Below, one piece after another: positions 1 to 10,113 of a stretch of DNA of 64,000 bases. Position 1 is the first letter of the stretch. Every line of letters begins with the position of its first letter. Source of the DNA: a virus; the IMG/VR virus record IMGVR_UViG_3300007735_000780, positions 3,511-67,510 of that record; one strand, 5' to 3'. The notes beneath the pieces were generated by a model. The model saw only the letters and a list, made by a program, of their open reading frames with translations, ran no database searches and was not told the origin of the DNA. The position numbers and the translations under genes were made by a program.

Positions 1-429
1 TATAGTTGCTTCTCTTAAAGAACCTCTATTTAAAGATTTAACTGCAGCTGAAATAATACCTGGGGGAGGAACAAATCCATATTCTGGGGTAGAGGTGTAA
101 CCATAACTTGAAATTACGTCATACCCTATTCCTTGACTAAATACATATTGGTCAGTAGCAGTATCATATCCTTGAGCATTAGAAATAACATATGCTTGGG
201 CTAATCCTTCTTTTGAACGAACACCACTAAGTCCTAATTCATTTAAAATTTTATTACTTACATTTACACCTGATGTTAAACGTAAAAATGAAGTTCTAGA
301 ATGTGTATATTTTAAAAAATCATTATCATGAGATGCATCTAATGCTAATTTATTTTGTCGAATTTCAATTTGTTTCTTAACAAAACTATTAAATGTTTCT
401 CCTATTATAGCTTCTCCAGGTGTAGACAT
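1..429 (-). CDS. Partial baseplate/hub-region structural protein (runs off the window edge)
   Basis: ATG at 429 (MSTPGEAIIGETFNSFVKKQIEIRQ...), immediately downstream of the wedge-like gene; not in the ORF track; function inferred from synteny only. Confidence 0.55.
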   Translation of the reverse strand, partial: MSTPGEAIIGETFNSFVKKQIEIRQNKLALDASHDNDFLKYTHSRTSFLRLTSGVNVSNKILNELGLSGVRSKEGLAQAYVISNAQGYDTATDQYVFSQGIGYDVISSYGYTSTPEYGFVPPPGIISAAVKSLNRGSLREATI

Positions 430-432
430 TTA

Positions 433-732
433 TTAACCATTTAAATTGTTATAACTTCTTATAATACTACTTGCATCTAAAGGTATTCTAATTTGAGTTC
501 CTTCATTTATGTATAGTGAATTTTGAGGTAATTCTTCATTAGCAACAGATATTATCCACCACAAAGACGAATCACCATAATATTGGTTTGCTAACAAATC
601 AAATCTATCACCAGCAGTTGTCACCACATAAATATCATTAACAGATAATGGAATACGAGGGTATTTTGAATCCCTATAGTATTTTTTACCTGTAGAATTG
701 GTGATAATTGGGATGTATTGGTATCTGTTCAT
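433..732 (-). CDS. Baseplate wedge / tail protein X-like protein with LysM-like fold (T4 gp53-like)
   Basis: GDRFDLLANQYYGDSSLWWIISVAN...GTQIRIP signature; located downstream of the tape measure gene. Confidence 0.75.
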   Translation of the reverse strand: MNRYQYIPIITNSTGKKYYRDSKYPRIPLSVNDIYVVTTAGDRFDLLANQYYGDSSLWWIISVANEELPQNSLYINEGTQIRIPLDASSIIRSYNNLNG

Positions 733-2264
733 TAATTAACTATTTCTCGTATAAAATTTTCACCATATTGAGGAGCAAAATTATGGAGAGGAGTAAAGCC
801 TAAACTAACTTCTATCATTTTTGGTATTTGACCTACATTTTCTTCTAAATCTCCTGTTTTAATAGTACCATCATCATTTCTATTAATTTCCCATCCTGCT
901 TCAAATGAAGGTGTTAAGTTTATACTATTAATTATAGAAGGCATATTATTAAAATAATCACCTATTGTTATTCTAACAAAATTTCCTAGCATAAGTCCTA
1001 CTCCAGAATACCTTGGAGCAGTTGTTCCTAATAATCGATTCAGTTTATCATATAAAGGAATCATTTCTTGTTCAGTATGAGAATATATAACAAAAGATAA
1101 TTGAACATCTCTACCAAATCCACCGTATTTGTAAAAATTTTCTGCTCTACCAACATACTTGTATGGTGTCCATTCTGCTTTAAAATTATCAGTTATACTA
1201 TTAACATATGCTCTGAAGAATAAAAATTCATTTTGTGTATTATTTGTAACTGTAGGATCAATAATTTCAAAATAAAATTTAACTAAATCTGAATTTTTAT
1301 CTTCATCTGTTGGTGAAGAACCAGTATATGGTTCAAGTTTATTTAGTCTATCAGTTTTTTCATCATTACTTACACTTCCATAACTTGTAACAGAAGTACC
1401 ATATGTTGATTCTCTATTAAATTCATTTATACCTTTATTATAAAAATAATTTAATGCCGATAATACAGTAGATTTTCCTTCTTTTAATTGAGGTACAGAA
1501 ATAGCCGAATCTGGAAGGCCTTGTTTTGGGGTTCTGTTTCTTTGTCCTGAACCTGCAAATCGTATGTTGGTTTTTCCCAAACCAGGAACAGGGCTATTTG
1601 GACCGCCATTATATGAAAATAGGTTAGTATCAAGACTATCTTCATTAGTATTTATATTATAAAGAAGTCTTGCTTGGATTTGATCACCTACATTTGCATA
1701 ATATATACTATCAGGAGATATAATATGGGTTTTATATAATAATGTAAGTCTACCACTATCATCATCTTTATTATCATAAGATAATGTAGTCTTAAAATAA
1801 CCTTCAGCACTTTCACCTTCAACAGCATATCCAGATGCAAATGGATTTAAACCTTTTTTATTTAAATGGTACCCTAATGATAAAACACCGGCTTGTGCTA
1901 TTGTAGAAGTAGGAAGATAAAGTCGTTGTAACACTCCTCCTCCATTAGCAGGCATAGGTACGTTTTGCCTTTCTAATAAGTTTTGTTTAGCAATAAAAGC
2001 TAAGCCAATAGGTGTAGCAAACCATTTAGTTATTCTTTTAACATCCTGAAGTGAATCTTGAACGTTTAAAATTCCATTTCTTAAAATAAAATCAGGAGAA
2101 TTTCCTTCATACTCAGAATTATCCTTAACAGCACTATATGGAATTGCCCTGTCAGGTCCAGGTATGTCTTTAGTAACAAAAGGTTGTTTACTTGAACCAC
2201 CTCCAGGTCTGTCATTCCCGTATTTAAGAGACCTTAAATTTGTTTGAAGGTCAACTAAAGGCAT
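732..2264 (-). CDS. Baseplate / tail-tube initiator-like protein
   Basis: C-terminal FRAYVNSITDNFKAEW...YVGRAENFYKYGGFGRDVQLSF...VRITIGDYF tube-like domain; synteny. Confidence 0.55.
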   Translation of the reverse strand: MPLVDLQTNLRSLKYGNDRPGGGSSKQPFVTKDIPGPDRAIPYSAVKDNSEYEGNSPDFILRNGILNVQDSLQDVKRITKWFATPIGLAFIAKQNLLERQNVPMPANGGGVLQRLYLPTSTIAQAGVLSLGYHLNKKGLNPFASGYAVEGESAEGYFKTTLSYDNKDDDSGRLTLLYKTHIISPDSIYYANVGDQIQARLLYNINTNEDSLDTNLFSYNGGPNSPVPGLGKTNIRFAGSGQRNRTPKQGLPDSAISVPQLKEGKSTVLSALNYFYNKGINEFNRESTYGTSVTSYGSVSNDEKTDRLNKLEPYTGSSPTDEDKNSDLVKFYFEIIDPTVTNNTQNEFLFFRAYVNSITDNFKAEWTPYKYVGRAENFYKYGGFGRDVQLSFVIYSHTEQEMIPLYDKLNRLLGTTAPRYSGVGLMLGNFVRITIGDYFNNMPSIINSINLTPSFEAGWEINRNDDGTIKTGDLEENVGQIPKMIEVSLGFTPLHNFAPQYGENFIREIVN

Positions 2265-2539
2265 TATTCAGGTAAATTTTGAATGTATTGAGAAGGAGTA
2301 GCACCATTCAAATCAAGTTGAGATGGTTGTGGTAAAATGTTATTAGTACCATCTAAATACGTTTGATATGCACTATTTACACTACTAAAAAATCTTCCAT
2401 TTACAGAGTAACCAGGTGCTCCTGCTCCATCAGCATGAAGTTGTGATTGCTTTGTTGCTAAAGGGTTTGTTTCTGGGGTTGTTCCGTTGTATGGTGTATA
2501 AGTTGATCCTCCGTTTAATAATTTGTCTAATAGTCCCAT
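2264..2539 (-). CDS. Hypothetical virion protein
   Basis: 91-aa ORF with TATTTATA motif upstream, stop/start coupled to the next gene. Confidence 0.6.
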   Translation of the reverse strand: MGLLDKLLNGGSTYTPYNGTTPETNPLATKQSQLHADGAGAPGYSVNGRFFSSVNSAYQTYLDGTNNILPQPSQLDLNGATPSQYIQNLPE

Positions 2540-2588
2540 GTTTTATAGTTTTAAGGTTTTGTTATAAATATTTTAAGGAAAAAAGTGA

Positions 2589-5219
2589 TTAACCAATAGC
2601 TGACTCTCGTTTTGTACTAGCTACACTTGCTTTTTGAGAATCATAATTTACATTGGTTTCTTTCTTTGCAATTATTTCTAAAAGTTCAAGATGTCTTTTA
2701 GCATATTCTGCATTCTTTGAAGCATATTCATTTGCTTCTTTTTGTTTTTGTTGTAAAATATATGCTTCAGCTAATGTTTCAGCCATTTTTGCGGCTTCAG
2801 TATTTCCTCCAGAAGCATACAAACCACCTAAATAAGCCATATTACCTTTAATATAATCATCATAAAAACTCAATGAAGCTTTTCCTCCTTTTTCTGCTAC
2901 AGTATTTTCAGATGTAGACACTATTTTTTCTAATTGTTTTTTTATTTTTGAATCTATTCCCTCTAATTCTGCTTTTTCCTGGTCTGATATTATACCTGCA
3001 TATTCTTTCTGGAATAGTGTTTGTTTTCTATTTTGAAGTTTATCTAATTTTATTTGTTCTACTTCATCCATACTCATTATTCCCCCTGTTAATGTATCCC
3101 ATAATCCTTTTTGTTGAACAGAAACAACAAATTGAGTAATAAAGTTAGCTAAAGCATCTAATGCTCCTCCATCAACAAAACTAGTAAATATTTCTTTAGC
3201 TGATTCTAATGCTTTATTAAATTTTGCTTGGGCATCAGATGATTCTAAAGAATGAGATGAAAGTTTTCCTAAAACTTCTGTTAAATTTTCTCCTTCTAAT
3301 CCAATTCTTTTTAATTCTTTTTCAAATGCTGAACCTGTAATTTCTCCATTTTTTAATTGAGAGATTGTAGCTTCAGAAAGTTTACCTTTTACACCATATG
3401 CTTTTAAATTTTCTTGTAATATTTCTAATTCTCTATTACTTAATTTAACCATATTGTTTTGAAATTTTTCAAATTTTTCTTGTTCAGTTACCATATCTGC
3501 TAATTCTTCTCTACTTATTCCTAAAGCAGAAGCTAAAGCTTGTTGTGCTATAACATTTTTCTTAAAATCAGGTCCTGATTCTTTTACAAGTCTGTTAACT
3601 TCTTCTTGGAAAGATTTCATGTCTCCAGAAAAATATGCACCTCGAGCTCTTTCAAGGTTTAAATCTCTACCAAGCAGTAATTCTGCTTCTAATTCTGAAG
3701 ATATAGATTGTTCAAAATTTAATAGACTTTCACCTATTCTGCTTAGTTCATTTAAACTTTTTCCTAGTTTTTGGGATTCAGCAACAGATTTTATTAAAGC
3801 GTCCATTCCTCCTTTCATACTTAATCGTATAGCATTGCTAGTAGTTAAAACATCTTTTAATACTTTTCTTTCATCAATTTGTAATCCAGTAAGCATTTTT
3901 TGCTGCCTAGCAGTCCCTAATATTTGAAATTTTATATTGTCTATTTGCTTTCCAGTATTAGCATATAAATTAGTAATACCTTTTAATTCATCATCACTTA
4001 ATTGTAAATATGAAACCATATTAGCTAATTGAGCAACAACTTGTTGACCTTCTAATCCAAACCCACTAATTAAATTAACAGACATTCCTAACACATTGTT
4101 AAATTTAATTTGAGTATCAACTATTTCTGTTTGAAGAAGTAAATTTCCTTTTTGTACTTCAACTAAAGCACTAAAATTTTCTTTTATTTTAAATGCAGCA
4201 TCCCTAACACCTCTAGCAGATTCTTTAGATATGTTTAAGTTTTTAGCTAAATCTGTTACTTGTTTATCCGCACCAAACATGGCATCTATAAAAAACTTAG
4301 CAATTTTAACAAGTAATCCCCCAATTAATAAATAAGGATTTGATCCACTCATCATTCCACTCATCATGTTTCCTCCAGCTGCTTTTAAACCAGCACCCAT
4401 TACTTTTAATCCACCACCTATTCCTTTAGCATCTTTAGCAGCTTCTTTCATTTTTGAAACCACATCATCTAAACCCATGTATTCTGCTAATGGAGCTGGA
4501 AGGTTTTTAGCTAGGGATTTAGCTAAAGCACCTCCAATACCCATTTTTTTATTGATTTCGGTATTTTCTTTTTTAATTTTTTCTAATGTATTTAAAGTAG
4601 CATTGTAGTTAGCATCAGTACCATCTACTATACCTTTAATTTCATCTTGTGCTTTAATGTTTTTATTTAATTCAGCAGTTATATTTTGTTGTATTTGTTC
4701 TAATTTAATTTCTCTTTTTAAATCATCTTCAGTATAATTAGCTTTATTTTTTAAAGTAGTTATTAAAGCCTGAGTTCTGGCTAGATCTGTTTCTAGAGCA
4801 GTTTTTTCTTTTTCTAATTGTTTACCTGTTTCTTCAAATCTTTGCTTTTCAATTTTTAATTTTTTTTCAAGACTTTCTATATCTTTATTAGATAATTCAC
4901 TTATATCTTTTTGATGATATTGAATTTTTTCAGCTATAGAACGTAAACTTTTAAATCCTTTAACTGTTTCTTTAATTCCATCTCTTTGTCCACTTATTTC
5001 TTTAGCTATGTCTCTAAATGCTTGAACTTGTTCAGTGATATCTTTTGTCATATCTTCAAGTTCTTTTCTCATCAATTCTAATTGTTGACGAGCAGTACCT
5101 ATAGATTGGGCTCTATTAGCTTCGGATGTTGCTATTGCATCTGTATAACCAAGTACTTTTTTATAAAGTTCTGCTAATTCTTGTACTTCTCTTGGTGAAA
5201 GTTGATTAGGTGTAGCCAT
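2589..5219 (-). CDS. Tail tape measure protein
   Basis: 876 aa, helical/coiled-coil, Ala/Gly-rich hydrophobic segment; follows tube and chaperone genes. Confidence 0.8.
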   Translation of the reverse strand: MATPNQLSPREVQELAELYKKVLGYTDAIATSEANRAQSIGTARQQLELMRKELEDMTKDITEQVQAFRDIAKEISGQRDGIKETVKGFKSLRSIAEKIQYHQKDISELSNKDIESLEKKLKIEKQRFEETGKQLEKEKTALETDLARTQALITTLKNKANYTEDDLKREIKLEQIQQNITAELNKNIKAQDEIKGIVDGTDANYNATLNTLEKIKKENTEINKKMGIGGALAKSLAKNLPAPLAEYMGLDDVVSKMKEAAKDAKGIGGGLKVMGAGLKAAGGNMMSGMMSGSNPYLLIGGLLVKIAKFFIDAMFGADKQVTDLAKNLNISKESARGVRDAAFKIKENFSALVEVQKGNLLLQTEIVDTQIKFNNVLGMSVNLISGFGLEGQQVVAQLANMVSYLQLSDDELKGITNLYANTGKQIDNIKFQILGTARQQKMLTGLQIDERKVLKDVLTTSNAIRLSMKGGMDALIKSVAESQKLGKSLNELSRIGESLLNFEQSISSELEAELLLGRDLNLERARGAYFSGDMKSFQEEVNRLVKESGPDFKKNVIAQQALASALGISREELADMVTEQEKFEKFQNNMVKLSNRELEILQENLKAYGVKGKLSEATISQLKNGEITGSAFEKELKRIGLEGENLTEVLGKLSSHSLESSDAQAKFNKALESAKEIFTSFVDGGALDALANFITQFVVSVQQKGLWDTLTGGIMSMDEVEQIKLDKLQNRKQTLFQKEYAGIISDQEKAELEGIDSKIKKQLEKIVSTSENTVAEKGGKASLSFYDDYIKGNMAYLGGLYASGGNTEAAKMAETLAEAYILQQKQKEANEYASKNAEYAKRHLELLEIIAKKETNVNYDSQKASVASTKRESAIG

Positions 5220-5257
5220 AATTGTTTATATGATATAAATATAAAGAAACACAACTT

Positions 5258-5557
5258 TTAATATTTAGGTATCTTTTTACCAGACTTACCCTTAAAATGA
5301 TCAGGAATTTGAATTTTGCCTTCTTTAATCTTTTGAGACTGAGTGGCTAAGTCATCATTATTTTGATTAGTTTGATTAGCATAGTGTTCTTTCATTTTAT
5401 TAAAAGTAAACTTACGAAGCCAAATAGGCATATTGTAGACTGTTTCCCAATCATAGCCTCCTTGACCATAAAAAACAATTTCATGAATTTGAGTAAATAA
5501 ACCTATTCTAACTTGAGAGGCTATTTCAGATGTCAGGCCAAAAAAACTTAAGTCCAA
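5258..5557 (-). CDS. Tail assembly chaperone, second ORF (gpT/gp51-like); probably expressed by frameshift
   Basis: GGYDWETVYNMPIWLRKF motif; only a TTG start, overlapping the end of the upstream gene in the +1 frame. Confidence 0.6.
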   Translation of the reverse strand: MDLSFFGLTSEIASQVRIGLFTQIHEIVFYGQGGYDWETVYNMPIWLRKFTFNKMKEHYANQTNQNNDDLATQSQKIKEGKIQIPDHFKGKSGKKIPKY

Positions 5558-6257
5558 CTGGAATGTCAGCTTTCGTGTCGCTCCCGTCGGGAAAAAAGGT
5601 CAGATCAACGTCTGGCTGCACCTCCCTTATGTACTCTCTTAATGCTCTAGAGTCACGAGCTAACAAATAGTTATCAACAAATTGACGAATGTCTTTTGAT
5701 TCTCTGTTTCCTTCAACTGAGGTTATCATGTATTTTAACCTGGTTGACATTTCAGGAGAATTAAATTTGTTTATTTTTTTTAAGCCTTCTAATTCAGCAT
5801 TTATTTTTTTCTCATCGTGTCCTGTTAATAACTTAAAAGTTATATTAGTGCCTGTTGATGGAAGTGTAAAGGAAAATTCATTTTGTCCTTTAGTAAATAA
5901 AGACTCGTTTATTAGTTTATTATCAACTTTAGACAAATCAATTGTTTGTTCTTCACCATCATAAGTAAAAGTATAGTCTTTACCGTATCCTAAAATACGA
6001 GCTGCTACTAATATTGCGTTTTTATCACCTACAATTAAATCCTCATACTTTACATCAGAAACAATAAGTGATTTAAGTAATTCATCTAATACTGTTCCTT
6101 TTTGAATGTAGTTTTGATTTGATAAAATGTCTTCTTCTTTTGCGGTCATGTATTTCATTTCAATTTTTCCGCTTGAAAGAGGATTTGATTCTGAGTAGAC
6201 TAAACCTTTTGAGGGTAGTTCAATAGTTTCTGTTGGGGTATTTAACCTGTTTTCCAT
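5526..6257 (-). CDS. Tail assembly chaperone / baseplate hub assembly protein (T4 gp26-like)
   Basis: IELPSKG..Y, MTAKEEDIL, DKNAILVAARILGYG, C-terminal FFWP; lies between tube and tape measure genes. Confidence 0.7.
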   Translation of the reverse strand: MENRLNTPTETIELPSKGLVYSESNPLSSGKIEMKYMTAKEEDILSNQNYIQKGTVLDELLKSLIVSDVKYEDLIVGDKNAILVAARILGYGKDYTFTYDGEEQTIDLSKVDNKLINESLFTKGQNEFSFTLPSTGTNITFKLLTGHDEKKINAELEGLKKINKFNSPEMSTRLKYMITSVEGNRESKDIRQFVDNYLLARDSRALREYIREVQPDVDLTFFPDGSDTKADIPVGLKFFWPDI

Positions 6258-6322
6258 AAATAATTTTGTTATAACGTTTTGTTATAAATATATTAAAATA
6301 TAGTTTTTATTACAGATATGAA

Positions 6323-6352
6323 GAAAAACAAAGCTCACAACACGTGTGAGCC
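6323..6352 (-). terminator. Rho-independent terminator after tail tube gene
   Basis: GCTCAC-ACGTGTT-GTGAGC hairpin followed by TTTGTTTTT on the minus strand. Confidence 0.75.
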
Positions 6353-6378
6353 TTGGTATTAATAATTAATCCTATAAA

Positions 6379-6867
6379 TTAGAAATTCAATACGCAATAG
6401 TCTACAGCTACAGTCATTGTAATGTTAACAGCTTGATTTTCAGTATCCCAAGCATAATCACCAAAATTAGCTTCTGTTATAAATGCGCCTTTAAGAACCC
6501 ATTCACTAACAATGTCTCCTACAGGTCCTAAAATGTCAATTACTAAGTCTTTTTTATAAAAGTCAGAGTAACCATCTCTACCTGTTACAGATTCGTGATG
6601 CAAACGAACCCATTCCATTACTGCTTGAGCACCTGAAGGTGTGATTGGATCAAATAGTGTCATCTGAATGTTACCCCAAGTAGTTTTACCTTTTACTTTA
6701 CGATAAACGTTAATGTGGTTTAAGGTTACTTCTCCTTGTGATACAGTTACAGCATTTACTCCTTTTATCAAATAACTTGGAACACCATCCATATACAGGA
6801 TAAACCTATTAGCCTGTTTTGGTTCAAATGCTGTAAAAAATATTTCGTTTGCGTCTAGTACTGCCAT
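6379..6867 (-). CDS. Tail tube protein (T4 gp19-like)
   Basis: EPKQANRF, KGKTTWGNIQMTLFD, YKKDLVIDILGPVGDIVSEWVLKGAF; directly follows the sheath gene. Confidence 0.9.
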   Translation of the reverse strand: MAVLDANEIFFTAFEPKQANRFILYMDGVPSYLIKGVNAVTVSQGEVTLNHINVYRKVKGKTTWGNIQMTLFDPITPSGAQAVMEWVRLHHESVTGRDGYSDFYKKDLVIDILGPVGDIVSEWVLKGAFITEANFGDYAWDTENQAVNITMTVAVDYCVLNF

Positions 6868-6886
6868 TGTGTTTTATTTATTTAGT

Positions 6887-6894
6887 TATAAATA
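6887..6894 (-). promoter_or_regulatory. Putative late-promoter motif TATTTATA (representative copy; see findings for all)
   Basis: Exact intergenic copy 19 nt upstream of the tube start; at least 19 perfect copies in the same position relative to genes. Confidence 0.65.
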
Positions 6895-6911
6895 TTCGTT
6901 TATTAAATTCT

Positions 6912-8624
6912 TTATACTGGGAAAGTAGCTCCAGTTGGTGTAATGTTAAAGTCTAAGTAAATGAATTCAGCTGTTTTAGTTGGTTGTAAATATATTTGAC
7001 CTACTAATTGGTTTCTGTCAATTACATCTGGAGTATTGTTAGTATCATCCATTATTACTTTGAAAGCATACAAACCTTGTCTTTGTTGTACTGATTCAAG
7101 ATATGGGTTAACTTGGCTTAAGAATTGGTTTCTTGTAGCAATTGTGTTTTGTTCAAATACTAATGTATTTGCTACTTGAGAAATATAAGACTTAAGTGCA
7201 ATTAATAATCTTCTAACATTTACACGGTCTAAAGCAGATGCTCTAGTTTGTAATGTTTTCTGACCATATACTACAACACCTGTACCTGGGAAGGTTGCAA
7301 TTGGGTTTACTTTTCCTTGATACAAAGTATCACGTGATGCTTGTGGTAATTTTTGTTCTACTCTAATTACTCTTCCTAATCCGCCTCTGTTAATACCTGC
7401 AGGTGCAAACCATGGTTCAGATACTCTGTCGTTGTATGCATAAACACCAGCAATCATTGTTGAAGCAGGTACCCATACTCTTTTACCAGTTGCAGGGTCT
7501 AGGATTTGACACCATGGCCAATAAGTAGCAACATATGAAGAATCAACACTTGCAGCTTGACCAGTAACAGTAGAAACTGAACTACCATATGCTACTAAGT
7601 CAGGTACGTAAACATTGTCTCCTCTGTTTTGAGTATTAGTTATAATGTTATTTACTTTAGAAGTATGAGTTCCAAATTCTTTTACTAATCCAGGAGTGTA
7701 CAAAGCATTAAACTGATAGTCATCTTGATTTGAAAGCAAATCAATCATGTTATCATAGTTGTCTGCTACTAATCCTTGAGTATTACTGTTATTTATAGTA
7801 TTATAAAAATTAGCTCCTCCTTTTACATCACCTGTAGCACCAGTAAATGAACCACTAGCATTTACAGGAATAGAAGAAGTATATTGAGGTTTAGCTATTC
7901 CAGCATTATCAAAATAATTAGGTGTTAATAAATTTACTTGTTTTACTCTAATAAATTTTGAAGCATTAGGATAACTACCTGTTACTTCAATTTGGTTTGT
8001 TGATGGATTATAATTATAAACATAATCACCAATTACATTAGAAATAAAATTAGATGATAAAGGATCTAATGATAAATTAGTCCATGTTTCTAAAACAGTA
8101 GGACTGTTAGTATTATCATTTCCTCTTCTTACTAATAAATTAAATGTACCAGATGAAGTATTAGCATTAACAATCTGCCAACGAATATTATTTGCTGAAC
8201 CACTTGCTAAAGCACCTTGTGCGTCAAGTGAACTTGAACTGTTCATAATAACACCTTCAGAAATTGTTTCTAAAACAAAAGCAGGTTGAATTAAAGCTTG
8301 AGTACTTGCGCTTATAGCTGTACTAGTAGCAGGAGAATATGAACCACTAACAACTCTAGATACCAATAATGTGTTTCCACCATTACTAAAGTAATTATAA
8401 GCGGCAATAGAAGTAAAGTATGAGTAAGTGTCACTACCACTTGTTAAAACATCTCCAAAAGTGTTTACAAAGTCACCATAAGAAGTAACAACAGTTGGTA
8501 ATTCAATAGGACCTTTTACTGTTGGGCCTACAATTGCTGCTCCTACTTGTACTGGTTGCTGTGAAATAAAGGATGTATCATTCTCTCTTGCTAATACACC
8601 AGGTGAAATTAAAGTTTCTGCCAT
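6912..8624 (-). CDS. Contractile tail sheath protein (gp18-like)
   Basis: SPGVLARE N-terminus; PWFAPAGINRG, VYGQKTLQ, RVNVRRLL, QPTKTAEFI motifs. Confidence 0.95.
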   Translation of the reverse strand: MAETLISPGVLARENDTSFISQQPVQVGAAIVGPTVKGPIELPTVVTSYGDFVNTFGDVLTSGSDTYSYFTSIAAYNYFSNGGNTLLVSRVVSGSYSPATSTAISASTQALIQPAFVLETISEGVIMNSSSSLDAQGALASGSANNIRWQIVNANTSSGTFNLLVRRGNDNTNSPTVLETWTNLSLDPLSSNFISNVIGDYVYNYNPSTNQIEVTGSYPNASKFIRVKQVNLLTPNYFDNAGIAKPQYTSSIPVNASGSFTGATGDVKGGANFYNTINNSNTQGLVADNYDNMIDLLSNQDDYQFNALYTPGLVKEFGTHTSKVNNIITNTQNRGDNVYVPDLVAYGSSVSTVTGQAASVDSSYVATYWPWCQILDPATGKRVWVPASTMIAGVYAYNDRVSEPWFAPAGINRGGLGRVIRVEQKLPQASRDTLYQGKVNPIATFPGTGVVVYGQKTLQTRASALDRVNVRRLLIALKSYISQVANTLVFEQNTIATRNQFLSQVNPYLESVQQRQGLYAFKVIMDDTNNTPDVIDRNQLVGQIYLQPTKTAEFIYLDFNITPTGATFPV

Positions 8625-8675
8625 TTTATTAAAGTGTTTTTATTTTTATTATAAATATCTTGGAGAATGTACAAA

Positions 8676-8924
8676 TCAACTACTTATAAACTCTCCCTTT
8701 TCTAAATCTATAGTTCCGTCTCCATATTTGTCTTGGAGTTGTTTTCCTAATTGTTCTTCGTATTGTTTTAATTGTTGGTAACCTAAAGATAATTGCTGTT
8801 CTTGCAATTTAAGTTCTTGTTTATGCATTTCTAAAACACCAAATTTTTCAATTAAATCAACTCTATCTTGTCGAACTTTTTTTAATTGTGTAATTTCTTC
8901 TTGGGTTAAAACTTTTGTTGTCAT
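8676..8924 (-). CDS. Small coiled-coil protein
   Basis: 82 aa heptad pattern ending KYGDGTIDLEKGEF; own upstream motif. Confidence 0.6.
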   Translation of the reverse strand: MTTKVLTQEEITQLKKVRQDRVDLIEKFGVLEMHKQELKLQEQQLSLGYQQLKQYEEQLGKQLQDKYGDGTIDLEKGEFISS

Positions 8925-8946
8925 AATTTATTTTATTATAAATATG

Positions 8947-10077
8947 TTATTTTTGTAATAAAGATTTATAAACATTATAATACGATTCAGCAATATTATC
9001 CCAGTCATATTTAACACAAGTTTCTAAACCATTATTTATTAAACTTTGTTTTTGTTCTTCAGTTAAAGACAAAAAATAATTTAAAGCATTAGTAATACTA
9101 TCTACAGTATACCCACAATTTATACTATTTTGGTTAGTTAAAAAATCTCCTAAACCATCTACTCTTGAAGCTAATAAAATTGATTTAGACGCTAGTGCTT
9201 CTAAAGCTACAATTCCAAATGGTTCATGTTTACTAGGCATAATTACTGCATCTGCAGAAAACAGTAAATTTATCTTTTCTTGATTATATGCAGGTCCGTA
9301 ATAATAAAGACCAGACTTTTGGTTATTTATTTGTTCTTCTAGTTTTTTAATACATTCATAGTCTCCTCCATTTTGTGCACCTACAAATATTAAATCAATG
9401 TTATCTGGGATGTCAATGTTTAATAATGCATCTACAGATTTCATAAAAGAAAATCTTCCAATATATATTATTTTATATCTTCTATCTCCAGGTAACTTTA
9501 TTTTTTCTGTTGGTGTCCATTCTTTAAGAGATATACCATTAGGTATAACTATAGTTTTATCATTAAATTGAGGAAAATACCTTGTATATCCATTTGATAC
9601 ATTTATAATTTTATCAGCTTTGTTTAGACCATAATATTCAGATTCAACATGTGTTTTATGTAACCAATACCCATCATGAGTATTAATATTAGTACAATTA
9701 TATATTCCTGAATTTGCTAAGGCATTAGATGACAATTGCATAGAAAGTAATAGAGGAACATTATATATTTCTGCTAAATATGTTCCTGCAAAGTATGTAG
9801 ACCAATCATAAGCATGAATTATATCTGGTTTTGGTAGTTGAAGAGCTTTAGCTAAATAAACAGTATGGCTTAACAATGTATTAATAGTACCATGTGTTAT
9901 ATTTGGTATAGGATGAGAAACACTTATGTATTCTTTTATACCGTTGTCTTCATCTGGGTGGTCTACAATGTTGTAGTTTATTTTATCTTTAAGACGATAA
10001 TATAAATTTTTAAATTGAACTCCTAATCCTCCTACTGGTTTAGAAATACTGTCAGGAAATATAACTGTAACTTTCAT
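8947..10077 (-). CDS. Glycosyltransferase family 4 (GT-B)
   Basis: PVGGLG, DIIHAYDW, VIPNGI, YIGR...KS, PSKHEPFGIVALEALA (EX7E), YDWDNIA. Confidence 0.9.
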   Translation of the reverse strand: MKVTVIFPDSISKPVGGLGVQFKNLYYRLKDKINYNIVDHPDEDNGIKEYISVSHPIPNITHGTINTLLSHTVYLAKALQLPKPDIIHAYDWSTYFAGTYLAEIYNVPLLLSMQLSSNALANSGIYNCTNINTHDGYWLHKTHVESEYYGLNKADKIINVSNGYTRYFPQFNDKTIVIPNGISLKEWTPTEKIKLPGDRRYKIIYIGRFSFMKSVDALLNIDIPDNIDLIFVGAQNGGDYECIKKLEEQINNQKSGLYYYGPAYNQEKINLLFSADAVIMPSKHEPFGIVALEALASKSILLASRVDGLGDFLTNQNSINCGYTVDSITNALNYFLSLTEEQKQSLINNGLETCVKYDWDNIAESYYNVYKSLLQK

Positions 10078-10113
10078 ATTATAACTTTTTTATTATAAAT
10101 ATTATAAATTTTA

